A stretch of 64,000 bases of DNA from Rebecca billardiae RCC1528 (lineage: Eukaryota; Protista; Haptophyta). This document shows positions 1 to 11,052 of the stretch, piece after piece. The stretch lies in assembly GCA_965240325.2 (NCBI GenBank), contig OZ251222.1, forward strand, positions 2,356,001-2,420,000. The letters are read 5' to 3'. Under the pieces are notes generated by a model. It saw only the letters and a list, made by a program, of their open reading frames with translations. It was not told the origin of the DNA and did no database searches. A program made the translations under genes and the position numbers. Within the stretch, counting starts at the first letter, position 1. Each line of letters starts with the position of its first letter.

Positions 1-893
1 AGCGCCTGGGCCTCCTTGTCCAGGAAAGGCAGCACGTCGTTCAGGTACTCCTTCCAGCACACGCCACGGCACTGCTTGCCGCGACCATTCTCATGCGTGC
101 GGCCGTGAGTGCCCGTGGCAAAATAGAGCGGCGTGATGCCGCGAGAGCAGGCGCCGGCGTAGCCATGGATCACGCAGTCACCTGCCTGGACCTGGTTCAG
201 CTTGCGCTTGGGCTCGTCACGCAGCGTCCACGACATCACCGTGCTCCGGTTCGTGACGTCGAACTTGAAGTACTTCGAGTCGGTGAAGAACAGCCTGTCA
301 ACCATCGCCTTGACTCTCTGCAGCCACCGTGCGAACGCCACCCGCTTCTTCGCCTGCTGAGCCGTGATCTGCTTCCTCACCTTGAGCGGCTCCCAATCCA
401 TCTTCTTCCGCGCCGCGCGGCGTAGCGTCTCGTCGGAGACGTCGAGCGCGGACGCATCGAGCGATCCAGCACCGACGGCGCGGCACGCAGCCTTCCGCAC
501 ACTCTGACCAGCCGGCCCGGCGCTGAGCTCGGACGTAAGCGCCGCCTGCGCCTTGGCACTGAGGCGTGGGCGTGGACCGCGCTTCGGCTTCCCGTCAGCA
601 TCGATGTGCCAGCCCTCCGTGTGCCAGTCCATGAACCACTTCTTCATCGTCTTCTCGGTGACCTCGGCCGACCGCGCCGCCCTCTGGAAAGCTGAGGCCA
701 ACGGAGAGCCTTCATTGAGGCACAGCACGCACGCGCCGATCGCATGGTGAAACCTCTCCGCAGGGCCCAGGGCCTTCGGGTTGTAATCCAGAGCAATACA
801 CTCCCGCGATACCCGCCTGTTCGGAGCGTAGCCGACGCGGTGGGCGCCTTTGCGCCCGCGCCGATCTTTGGGCGCGGTCGGCGCGCGGCCCAT
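1..893 (-). CDS. Tc1/mariner-family transposase, 5' part (truncated by window edge)
   Basis: ATG at 893-891; same sequence as the N-terminal part of ORF 11053..12354 (offset 11461). Confidence 0.9.
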   Translation of the reverse strand, partial: MGRAPTAPKDRRGRKGAHRVGYAPNRRVSRECIALDYNPKALGPAERFHHAIGACVLCLNEGSPLASAFQRAARSAEVTEKTMKKWFMDWHTEGWHIDADGKPKRGPRPRLSAKAQAALTSELSAGPAGQSVRKAACRAVGAGSLDASALDVSDETLRRAARKKMDWEPLKVRKQITAQQAKKRVAFARWLQRVKAMVDRLFFTDSKYFKFDVTNRSTVMSWTLRDEPKRKLNQVQAGDCVIHGYAGACSRGITPLYFATGTHGRTHENGRGKQCRGVCWKEYLNDVLPFLDKEAQA

Positions 894-1371
894 CAGCCGC
901 CGCCGGCTGCTTGGCCACGACCGAAGATGAGTGCACGTTACGTCCCGAGCCGCCCAAAGTTGATCTTACAGCTGACGAAGCGGTGTGGCCTCTATTCGAA
1001 CTCGTTCCGTCCATGGCGAGCGCCCCATCGACGCAGCCGCCGCGTGCGCTGGGGCCGCACGCCCTCGCGGATGTGCGCTGGGCACGAGCTCGGCGCCACG
1101 GGTTGAGCTCGTCGAGCTATGACAAGCGGCGTGGCGCAAGTCCAACCCAGTGGAGGCCCCAACTGCCGGCCCCGCCGCCGCGCGGGAGCGTCCGATTAAC
1201 CTCAGCTGCTCTGCGCAAGATGTGGGCTCCTGTGCCCCACCAACTCGCCGGAGGCGGACGACGCGCTGGGATCGCTGCACGGCGGGAATATCCCCGACCC
1301 ATGTGGACCGACGCCGGCCTCGCTCGCCGTCGCCCTCGCCCTCGTTCCGACTTTTCTACTACCTGCTCACT
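1..1371 (-). mobile_element. Element A, copy 0 (right part only): IS630/Tc1/mariner-type DNA transposon
   Basis: Matches 11462-12832 wherever compared; ends CTGCTCACT (1363-1371) followed by TA (1372-1373). Confidence 0.9.
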
Positions 1372-1373
1372 TA

Positions 1374-2163
1374 GGGACCCACAAATTTAGTTGCCGGCTG
1401 CAGCAGGCACGACTTTGTCTCAGCCCGCACGCCCGCTACGCGCCGACCCGGGCAGAGCCCATCCGCCCGCGCATGCACCAGGCCCAGCCGCGTCAGTACA
1501 TACCCACCCGGCCGCGGCACCCGCGCTCTGTGCGCCACGGTGTCGATGCGCCCGGCAGTCGGTGCGCATGCACGAGCCAGCCGGCGGGCAGCTACGGGCT
1601 GGTTTTCGGCGTGGAGCGCGGTCGTGTGAGCTGCATTAATTCAGCTGACCCCCGGCTTTTGTGCATTCGGGAGTCGTGCTGCTACGGTGGGCGTGCCACG
1701 CGCCAACTCGACGCTGGCAAAATTAGGCGACGAAAGTGCACGCGCAGCCACACGCAGCCCATATTGATGCTCTCGGAGCAGGCTCGGGCATGCACTCGAT
1801 CGGCTCTGGCTGACGGCAGCGCCAAGCTGGCGGCGCGGCGCGAGGGTGCATGCGTGGCGTGGGCGGAGCTACGTCGCACACGCACCGCGCGGCGCGCGGC
1901 TCAGCGCACGGAGGCTGCCGACAGCCGGCGGCACGCAGGCAGGTCTGCTCGCCGCCAGTCGAGCTCGCCGGCCGCCGGGTACCAAACGTCAACCCAGGAT
2001 GCACAGCCACGCCTATTTGCGAGGACTCGAGCAATCGGGTCCGGGCGCACCTCATGTGCACGGCAGTGGAGTGGGCCAAGTACGCCCCTGGTATGGTGGC
2101 GCGCCGCTGCTTTGCTGCGCTGATATGGCGAACAATGTCGGGAGGCTTAAACTTGTGAGGGAC
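1374..2163. mobile_element. Segment B (790 bp), TA-flanked, probable non-autonomous element with imperfect TIRs
   Basis: TA on both sides; left end GGGACCCACAAATTTA vs reverse complement of right end GTCCCTCACAAGTTTA (11/16); cleanly absent at junction 22625-22628. Confidence 0.6.
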
Positions 2164-2176
2164 TAAGTGAGCAGCC

Positions 2177-5100
2177 TCGGCTGAGGCCGTGAGCTGCCGT
2201 AGGCTGATCTGACCCGACAAAAGTCGGCGCGCGAGCGCGCGCGCGCGCGGCGCGGCGCCGCCCCGCTGGCACGTGGGCTCGGTGTGCCTGGGCCGCGCCG
2301 AGTGCCCCGCACCCGGATCTCGCCCAGCTAGCTCGTCCTCGCCGCGCTCTGAGGCCCCCGTAGCAGTCGTAGCTGCTCGCCGCCGCCGCAGATCGTGAAG
2401 ACCAGCTGCTGTCAGCTGCTCGCTCTGAGCCGGGACATGGGGCCGCGTGGAGGAGGCGCCGTGCGGCCGGGCGCGCGCGTGCGCGTCGAGCGGCCCCTGG
2501 GCGCACTGCTCACGCGTCGGCGCGCCCGCCCGGCGCGCGCATCATCGCTCAGTCGCGCCGCTCTGCTGAGCTAGCCGCCGCTGGTCGCAGCCGTCGGCTG
2601 AGGCCGTGAGCTGCCGTAGGCTGATCTGACCCGACAAAAGTCGGCGCGCGAGCGCGCGCGCGCGCGGCGCGGCGCCGCCCCGCTGGCACGTGGGCTCGGT
2701 GTGCCTGGGCCGCGCCGAGTGCCCCGCACCCCGATCTCGCCCAGCTAGCTCGTCCTCGCCGCGCTCTGAGGCCCCCGTAGCAGTCGTAGCTGCTCGCCGC
2801 CGCCGCAGATCGTGAAGACCAGCTGCTGTCAGCTGCTCGCTCTGAGCCGGGACATGGGGCCGCGAGGAGGAGGCGCCGTGCGGCCGGGCGCGCGCGTGCG
2901 CGTCGAGCGGCCCCGGGGCGCACTGCTCACGTGTCGGCGTGCCCGCCCGGCGCGCGCATCATCGCTCAGTCGCGCCGCTCTGCTGAGCTAGCCGCCGCTG
3001 GTCGCAGCCGTCGGCTGAGGCCGTGAGCTGCCGTCAGCTGATCTGACCCGACAAAAGTCGGCGCGAGCGCGCGCGCGCGCGCGGCGCCGCGCCGCCCCGC
3101 TGGCACGTGGGCTCGGTGTGCCTGGGCCACGCAGAGCACCCCGCACCCGGATCTCGCCCAGCTAGCTCGTCCTCGCCGCGCTCTGAGGCCCCCGTAGCAG
3201 TCGTAGCTGCTCGCCGCCGCCGCAGATCGTGAAGACCAGCTGCTGTCAGCTGCTCGCTCTGAGCCGGGACATGGGGCCGCGAGGAGGAGGCGCCGTGCGG
3301 CCGGGCGCGCGCGTGCGCGTCGAGCGGCCCCGGGGCGCACTGCTCACGCGTCGGCGTGCCCGCCCGGCGCGCGCATCATCGCTCAGTCGCGCCGCTCTGC
3401 TGAGCTAGCCGCCGCTGGTCGCAGCCGTCGGCTGAGGCCGTGAGCTGCCGTAAGCTGATCTGACCCGACAAAAGTCGGCGCGCGAGCGCGCGCGCGCGGC
3501 GCGCCGCGCCACCTCGCTGGCACGTGGGCTCGGTGCGCCTGGGCCGCGCCGAGCACCCCGCACCCGGATCTCGCCCAGCTAGCTCGTCCTCGCCGCGCTC
3601 TGAGGCCCCCGTAGCAGTCGTAGCTGCTCGCCGCCGCCGCAGATCGTGAAGACCAGCTGCTGTCAGCTGCTCGCTCTGAGCCGGGACATGGGGCCGCGTG
3701 GAGGAGACGCCGTGCGGCCGGGCGCGCGCGTGCGCGTCGAGCGGCACCCGGGCGCACTGCTCACGTGTCGGCGCGCCCGCCCGGCGCGCGCATCATCGCT
3801 CAGTCGCGCCGCTCTGCTGAGCTAGCCGCCGCTGGTCGCAGCCGTCGGCTGAGGCCGTGAGCTGCCGTAAGCTGATCTGACCCGACAAAAGTCGGCGCGC
3901 GAGCGCGCGCGCGCGGCGCGCCGCGCCACCTCGCTGGCACGTGGGCTCGGTGCGCCTGGGCCGCGCCGAGCGTCCCGCACCCCGATCGCGCCCAGCCCGC
4001 GCGTCCTCGCCGCGCTCTGAGGTCCCCGTAGCAGTCGTAGCTGCTCGCCGCCGCCGCAGATCGTGAAGACCAGTTGCTGTCAGCTGCTCGCTCTGAGCCG
4101 GGACATGGGGCCGCGAGGAGGAGGCGCCGTGCGGCCGGGCGCGCGCGTGCGCGTCGAGCGGCCCCGGGGCGCACTGCTCACGCGTCGGCGTGCCCGCCCG
4201 GCGCGCGCATCATCGCTCAGTCGCGCCGCTCTGCTGAGCTAGCCGCCGCTGGTCGCAGCCGTCGGCTGAGGCCGTGAGCTGCCGTCAGCTGATCTGACCC
4301 GACAAAAGTCGGCGCGAGCGCGCGCGCGCGCGCGGCGCCGCGCCGCCCCGCTGGCACGTGGGCTCGGTGTGCCTGGGCCACGCAGAGCACCCCGCACCCG
4401 GATCTCGCCCAGCTAGCTCGTCCTCGCCGCGCTCTGAGGCCCCCGTAGCAGTCGTAGCTGCTCGCCGCCGCCGCAGATCGTGAAGACCAGCTGCTGTCAG
4501 CTGCTCGCTCTGAGCCGGGACATGGGGCCGCGAGGAGGAGGCGCCGTGCGGCCGGGCGCGCGCGTGCGCGTCGAGCGGCCCCGGGGCGCACTGCTCACGC
4601 GTCGGCGTGCCCGCCCGGCGCGCGCATCATCGCTCAGTCGCGCCGCTCTGCTGAGCTAGCCGCCGCTGGTCGCAGCCGTCGGCTGAGGCCGTGAGCTGCC
4701 GTCAGCTGATCTGACCCGACAAAAGTCGGCGCGAGCGCGCGCGCGCGCGCGGCGCCGCGCCGCCCCGCTGGCACGTGGGCTCGGTGTGCCTGGGCCACGC
4801 AGAGCACCCCGCACCCGGATCTCGCCCAGCTAGCTCGTCCTCGCCGCGCTCTGAGGCCCCCGTAGCAGTCGTAGCTGCTCGCCGCCGCCGCAGATCGTGA
4901 AGACCAGCTGCTGTCAGCTGCTCGCTCTGAGCCGGGACATGGGGCCGCGAGGAGGAGGCGCCGTGCGGCCGGGCGCGCGCGTGCGCGTCGAGCGGCCCCG
5001 GGGCGCACTGCTCACGCGTCGGCGTGCCCGCCCGGCGCGCGCATCATCGCTCAGTCGCGCCGCTCTGCTGAGCTAGCCGCCGCTGGTCGCAGCCGTCGGC

Positions 5101-8100
5101 TGAGGCCGTGAGCTGCCGTAAGCTGATCTGACCCGACAAAAGTCGGCGCGCGAGCGCGCGCGCGCGGCGCGCCGCGCCACCTCGCTGGCACGTGGGCTCG
5201 GTGCGCCTGGGCCGCGCCGAGCACCCCGCACCCGGATCTCGCCCAGCTAGCTCGTCCTCGCCGCGCTCTGAGGCCCCCGTAGCAGTCGTAGCTGCTCGCC
5301 GCCGCCGCAGATCGTGAAGACCAGCTGCTGTCAGCTGCTCGCTCTGAGCCGGGACATGGGGCCGCGTGGAGGAGACGCCGTGCGGCCGGGCGCGCGCGTG
5401 CGCGTCGAGCGGCACCCGGGCGCACTGCTCACGTGTCGGCGTGCCCGCCCGGCGCGCGCATCATCGCTCAGTCGCGCCGCTCTGCTGAGCTAGCCGCCGC
5501 TGGTCGCAGCCGTCGGCTGAGGCCGTGAGCTGCCGTCAGCTGATCTGACCCGACAAAAGTCGGCGCGAGCGCGCGCGCGCGCGCGGCGCCGCGCCGCCCC
5601 GCTGGCACGTGGGCTCGGTGTGCCTGGGCCACGCAGAGCACCCCGCACCCGGATCTCGCCCAGCTAGCTCGTCCTCGCCGCGCTCTGAGGCCCCCGTAGC
5701 AGTCGTAGCTGCTCGCCGCCGCCGCAGATCGTGAAGACCAGCTGCTGTCAGCTGCTCGCTCTGAGCCGGGACATGGGGCCGCGAGGAGGAGGCGCCGTGC
5801 GGCCGGGCGCGCGCGTGCGCGTCGAGCGGCCCCGGGGCGCACTGCTCACGCGTCGGCGTGCCCGCCCGGCGCGCGCATCATCGCTCAGTCGCGCCGCTCT
5901 GCTGAGCTAGCCGCCGCTGGTCGCAGCCGTCGGCTGAGGCCGTGAGCTGCCGTAAGCTGATCTGACCCGACAAAAGTCGGCGCGCGAGCGCGCGCGCGCG
6001 GCGCGCCGCGCCACCTCGCTGGCACGTGGGCTCGGTGCGCCTGGGCCGCGCCGAGCACCCCGCACCCGGATCTCGCCCAGCTAGCTCGTCCTCGCCGCGC
6101 TCTGAGGCCCCCGTAGCAGTCGTAGCTGCTCGCCGCCGCCGCAGATCGTGAAGACCAGCTGCTGTCAGCTGCTCGCTCTGAGCCGGGACATGGGGCCGCG
6201 TGGAGGAGACGCCGTGCGGCCGGGCGCGCGCGTGCGCGTCGAGCGGCACCCGGGCGCACTGCTCACGTGTCGGCGCGCCCGCCCGGCGCGCGCATCATCG
6301 CTCAGTCGCGCCGCTCTGCTGAGCTAGCCGCCGCTGGTCGCAGCCGTCGGCTGAGGCCGTGAGCTGCCGTAAGCTGATCTGACCCGACAAAAGTCGGCGC
6401 GCGAGCGCGCGCGCGCGGCGCGCCGCGCCACCTCGCTGGCACGTGGGCTCGGTGCGCCTGGGCCGCGCCGAGCGTCCCGCACCCCGATCGCGCCCAGCCC
6501 GCGCGTCCTCGCCGCGCTCTGAGGTCCCCGTAGCAGTCGTAGCTGCTCGCCGCCGCCGCAGATCGTGAAGACCAGTTGCTGTCAGCTGCTCGCTCTGAGC
6601 CGGGACATGGGGCCGCGAGGAGGAGGCGCCGTGCGGCCGGGCGCGCGCGTGCGCGTCGAGCGGCCCCGGGGCGCACTGCTCACGCGTCGGCGTGCCCGCC
6701 CGGCGCGCGCATCATCGCTCAGTCGCGCCGCTCTGCTGAGCTAGCCGCCGCTGGTCGCAGCCGTCGGCTGAGGCCGTGAGCTGCCGTCAGCTGATCTGAC
6801 CCGACAAAAGTCGGCGCGAGCGCGCGCGCGCGCGCGGCGCCGCGCCGCCCCGCTGGCACGTGGGCTCGGTGTGCCTGGGCCACGCAGAGCACCCCGCACC
6901 CGGATCTCGCCCAGCTAGCTCGTCCTCGCCGCGCTCTGAGGCCCCCGTAGCAGTCGTAGCTGCTCGCCGCCGCCGCAGATCGTGAAGACCAGCTGCTGTC
7001 AGCTGCTCGCTCTGAGCCGGGACATGGGGCCGCGAGGAGGAGGCGCCGTGCGGCCGGGCGCGCGCGTGCGCGTCGAGCGGCCCCGGGGCGCACTGCTCAC
7101 GCGTCGGCGTGCCCGCCCGGCGCGCGCATCATCGCTCAGTCGCGCCGCTCTGCTGAGCTAGCCGCCGCTGGTCGCAGCCGTCGGCTGAGGCCGTGAGCTG
7201 CCGTCAGCTGATCTGACCCGACAAAAGTCGGCGCGAGCGCGCGCGCGCGCGCGGCGCCGCGCCGCCCCGCTGGCACGTGGGCTCGGTGTGCCTGGGCCAC
7301 GCAGAGCACCCCGCACCCGGATCTCGCCCAGCTAGCTCGTCCTCGCCGCGCTCTGAGGCCCCCGTAGCAGTCGTAGCTGCTCGCCGCCGCCGCAGATCGT
7401 GAAGACCAGCTGCTGTCAGCTGCTCGCTCTGAGCCGGGACATGGGGCCGCGAGGAGGAGGCGCCGTGCGGCCGGGCGCGCGCGTGCGCGTCGAGCGGCCC
7501 CGGGGCGCACTGCTCACGCGTCGGCGTGCCCGCCCGGCGCGCGCATCATCGCTCAGTCGCGCCGCTCTGCTGAGCTAGCCGCCGCTGGTCGCAGCCGTCG
7601 GCTGAGGCCGTGAGCTGCCGTAAGCTGATCTGACCCGACAAAAGTCGGCGCGCGAGCGCGCGCGCGCGGCGCGCCGCGCCACCTCGCTGGCACGTGGGCT
7701 CGGTGCGCCTGGGCCGCGCCGAGCACCCCGCACCCGGATCTCGCCCAGCTAGCTCGTCCTCGCCGCGCTCTGAGGCCCCCGTAGCAGTCGTAGCTGCTCG
7801 CCGCCGCCGCAGATCGTGAAGACCAGCTGCTGTCAGCTGCTCGCTCTGAGCCGGGACATGGGGCCGCGTGGAGGAGACGCCGTGCGGCCGGGCGCGCGCG
7901 TGCGCGTCGAGCGGCACCCGGGCGCACTGCTCACGTGTCGGCGCGCCCGCCCGGCGCGCGCATCATCGCTCAGTCGCGCCGCTCTGCTGAGCTAGCCGCC
8001 GCTGGTCGCAGCCGTCGGCTGAGGCCGTGAGCTGCCGTAAGCTGATCTGACCCGACAAAAGTCGGCGCGCGAGCGCGCGCGCGCGGCGCGCCGCGCCACC

Positions 8101-10933
8101 TCGCTGGCACGTGGGCTCGGTGCGCCTGGGCCGCGCCGAGCGTCCCGCACCCCGATCGCGCCCAGCCCGCGCGTCCTCGCCGCGCTCTGAGGTCCCCGTA
8201 GCAGTCGTAGCTGCTCGCCGCCGCCGCAGATCGTGAAGACCAGTTGCTGTCAGCTGCTCGCTCTGAGCCGGGACATGGGGCCGCGAGGAGGAGGCGCCGT
8301 GCGGCCGGGCGCGCGCGTGCGCGTCGAGCGGCCCCGGGGCGCACTGCTCACGCGTCGGCGTGCCCGCCCGGCGCGCGCATCATCGCTCAGTCGCGCCGCT
8401 CTGCTGAGCTAGCCGCCGCTGGTCGCAGCCGTCGGCTGAGGCCGTGAGCTGCCGTCAGCTGATCTGACCCGACAAAAGTCGGCGCGAGCGCGCGCGCGCG
8501 CGCGGCGCCGCGCCGCCCCGCTGGCACGTGGGCTCGGTGTGCCTGGGCCACGCAGAGCACCCCGCACCCGGATCTCGCCCAGCTAGCTCGTCCTCGCCGC
8601 GCTCTGAGGCCCCCGTAGCAGTCGTAGCTGCTCGCCGCCGCCGCAGATCGTGAAGACCAGCTGCTGTCAGCTGCTCGCTCTGAGCCGGGACATGGGGCCG
8701 CGAGGAGGAGGCGCCGTGCGGCCGGGCGCGCGCGTGCGCGTCGAGCGGCCCCGGGGCGCACTGCTCACGCGTCGGCGTGCCCGCCCGGCGCGCGCATCAT
8801 CGCTCAGTCGCGCCGCTCTGCTGAGCTAGCCGCCGCTGGTCGCAGCCGTCGGCTGAGGCCGTGAGCTGCCGTCAGCTGATCTGACCCGACAAAAGTCGGC
8901 GCGAGCGCGCGCGCGCGCGCGGCGCCGCGCCGCCCCGCTGGCACGTGGGCTCGGTGTGCCTGGGCCACGCAGAGCACCCCGCACCCGGATCTCGCCCAGC
9001 TAGCTCGTCCTCGCCGCGCTCTGAGGCCCCCGTAGCAGTCGTAGCTGCTCGCCGCCGCCGCAGATCGTGAAGACCAGCTGCTGTCAGCTGCTCGCTCTGA
9101 GCCGGGACATGGGGCCGCGAGGAGGAGGCGCCGTGCGGCCGGGCGCGCGCGTGCGCGTCGAGCGGCCCCGGGGCGCACTGCTCACGCGTCGGCGTGCCCG
9201 CCCGGCGCGCGCATCATCGCTCAGTCGCGCCGCTCTGCTGAGCTAGCCGCCGCTGGTCGCAGCCGTCGGCTGAGGCCGTGAGCTGCCGTAAGCTGATCTG
9301 ACCCGACAAAAGTCGGCGCGCGAGCGCGCGCGCGCGGCGCGCCGCGCCACCTCGCTGGCACGTGGGCTCGGTGCGCCTGGGCCGCGCCGAGCACCCCGCA
9401 CCCGGATCTCGCCCAGCTAGCTCGTCCTCGCCGCGCTCTGAGGCCCCCGTAGCAGTCGTAGCTGCTCGCCGCCGCCGCAGATCGTGAAGACCAGCTGCTG
9501 TCAGCTGCTCGCTCTGAGCCGGGACATGGGGCCGCGTGGAGGAGACGCCGTGCGGCCGGGCGCGCGCGTGCGCGTCGAGCGGCACCCGGGCGCACTGCTC
9601 ACGTGTCGGCGCGCCCGCCCGGCGCGCGCATCATCGCTCAGTCGCGCCGCTCTGCTGAGCTAGCCGCCGCTGGTCGCAGCCGTCGGCTGAGGCCGTGAGC
9701 TGCCGTAAGCTGATCTGACCCGACAAAAGTCGGCGCGCGAGCGCGCGCGCGCGGCGCGCCGCGCCACCTCGCTGGCACGTGGGCTCGGTGCGCCTGGGCC
9801 GCGCCGAGCGTCCCGCACCCCGATCGCGCCCAGCCCGCGCGTCCTCGCCGCGCTCTGAGGTCCCCGTAGCAGTCGTAGCTGCTCGCCGCCGCCGCAGATC
9901 GTGAAGACCAGTTGCTGTCAGCTGCTCGCTCTGAGCCGGGACATGGGGCCGCGAGGAGGAGGCGCCGTGCGGCCGGGCGCGCGCGTGCGCGTCGAGCGGC
10001 CCCGGGGCGCACTGCTCACGCGTCGGCGTGCCCGCCCGGCGCGCGCATCATCGCTCAGTCGCGCCGCTCTGCTGAGCTAGCCGCCGCTGGTCGCAGCCGT
10101 CGGCTGAGGCCGTGAGCTGCCGTCAGCTGATCTGACCCGACAAAAGTCGGCGCGAGCGCGCGCGCGCGCGCGGCGCCGCGCCGCCCCGCTGGCACGTGGG
10201 CTCGGTGTGCCTGGGCCACGCAGAGCACCCCGCACCCGGATCTCGCCCAGCTAGCTCGTCCTCGCCGCGCTCTGAGGCCCCCGTAGCAGTCGTAGCTGCT
10301 CGCCGCCGCCGCAGATCGTGAAGACCAGCTGCTGTCAGCTGCTCGCTCTGAGCCGGGACATGGGGCCGCGAGGAGGAGGCGCCGTGCGGCCGGGCGCGCG
10401 CGTGCGCGTCGAGCGGCCCCGGGGCGCACTGCTCACGCGTCGGCGTGCCCGCCCGGCGCGCGCATCATCGCTCAGTCGCGCCGCTCTGCTGAGCTAGCCG
10501 CCGCTGGTCGCAGCCGTCGGCTGAGGCCGTGAGCTGCCGTAGGCTGATCTGACCCGACAAAAGTCGGCGCGCGAGCGCGCGCTCGCGCGGCGCGGCGCCG
10601 CCCCGCTGGCACGTGGGCTCGGTGTGCCTGGGCCGCGCCGAGTGCCCCGCACCCCGATCTCGCCCAGCTAGCTCGTCCTCGCCGCGCTCTGAGGCCCCCG
10701 TAGCAGTCGTAGCTGCTCGCCGCCGCCGCAGATCGTGAAGACCAGTTGCTGTCAGCTGCTCGCTCTGAGCCGGGACATGGGGCCGCGTGGAGGAGGCGCC
10801 GTGCGGCCGGGCGCGCGCGCGCGCGTCGAGCGGCCCCGGGGCGCACTGCTCACGCGTCGGCGTGCCCGCCCGGCGCGCACATCATCGCTCAGTCGCGCCG
10901 CTCTGCTGAGCTAGCCGCCGCTGGTCGCAGCTG
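2177..10933. repeat. 417-bp tandem satellite, 21 monomers, with a 1668-bp higher-order repeat
   Basis: Exact 417-bp period in the sequence and ORF track; variant order a b c d e c c d c d e c c d e c c d e c z. Confidence 0.97.
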
Positions 10934-11052
10934 TCGTGAGACGTGACGTTAGACGTAGAGTAAGCTATAGCCTATAGGCTGATATGATATGACTCGAGAT
11001 CTACTATACTGAGCAGCTAATAAACTATACCATCATTGTCCGACACTGCTCT

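Noticed and set aside
1371-1376. TTAGGG telomeric motif at A/B junctions
   Set aside because: Single hexamer created by TIR + TA + B start; no tandem telomere repeats.
1473-2166. ORFs within segment B (216, 106 and 102 aa)
   Set aside because: No recognisable motifs; typical GC-driven overlapping ORFs. A decayed transposase tail is possible but unsupported.
2177-10933. rDNA, 5S, tRNA or guide-RNA array
   Set aside because: No recognisable rRNA/tRNA sequence or Pol III boxes, and monomers lack variable spacers. An unknown ncRNA cannot be excluded without RNA data.
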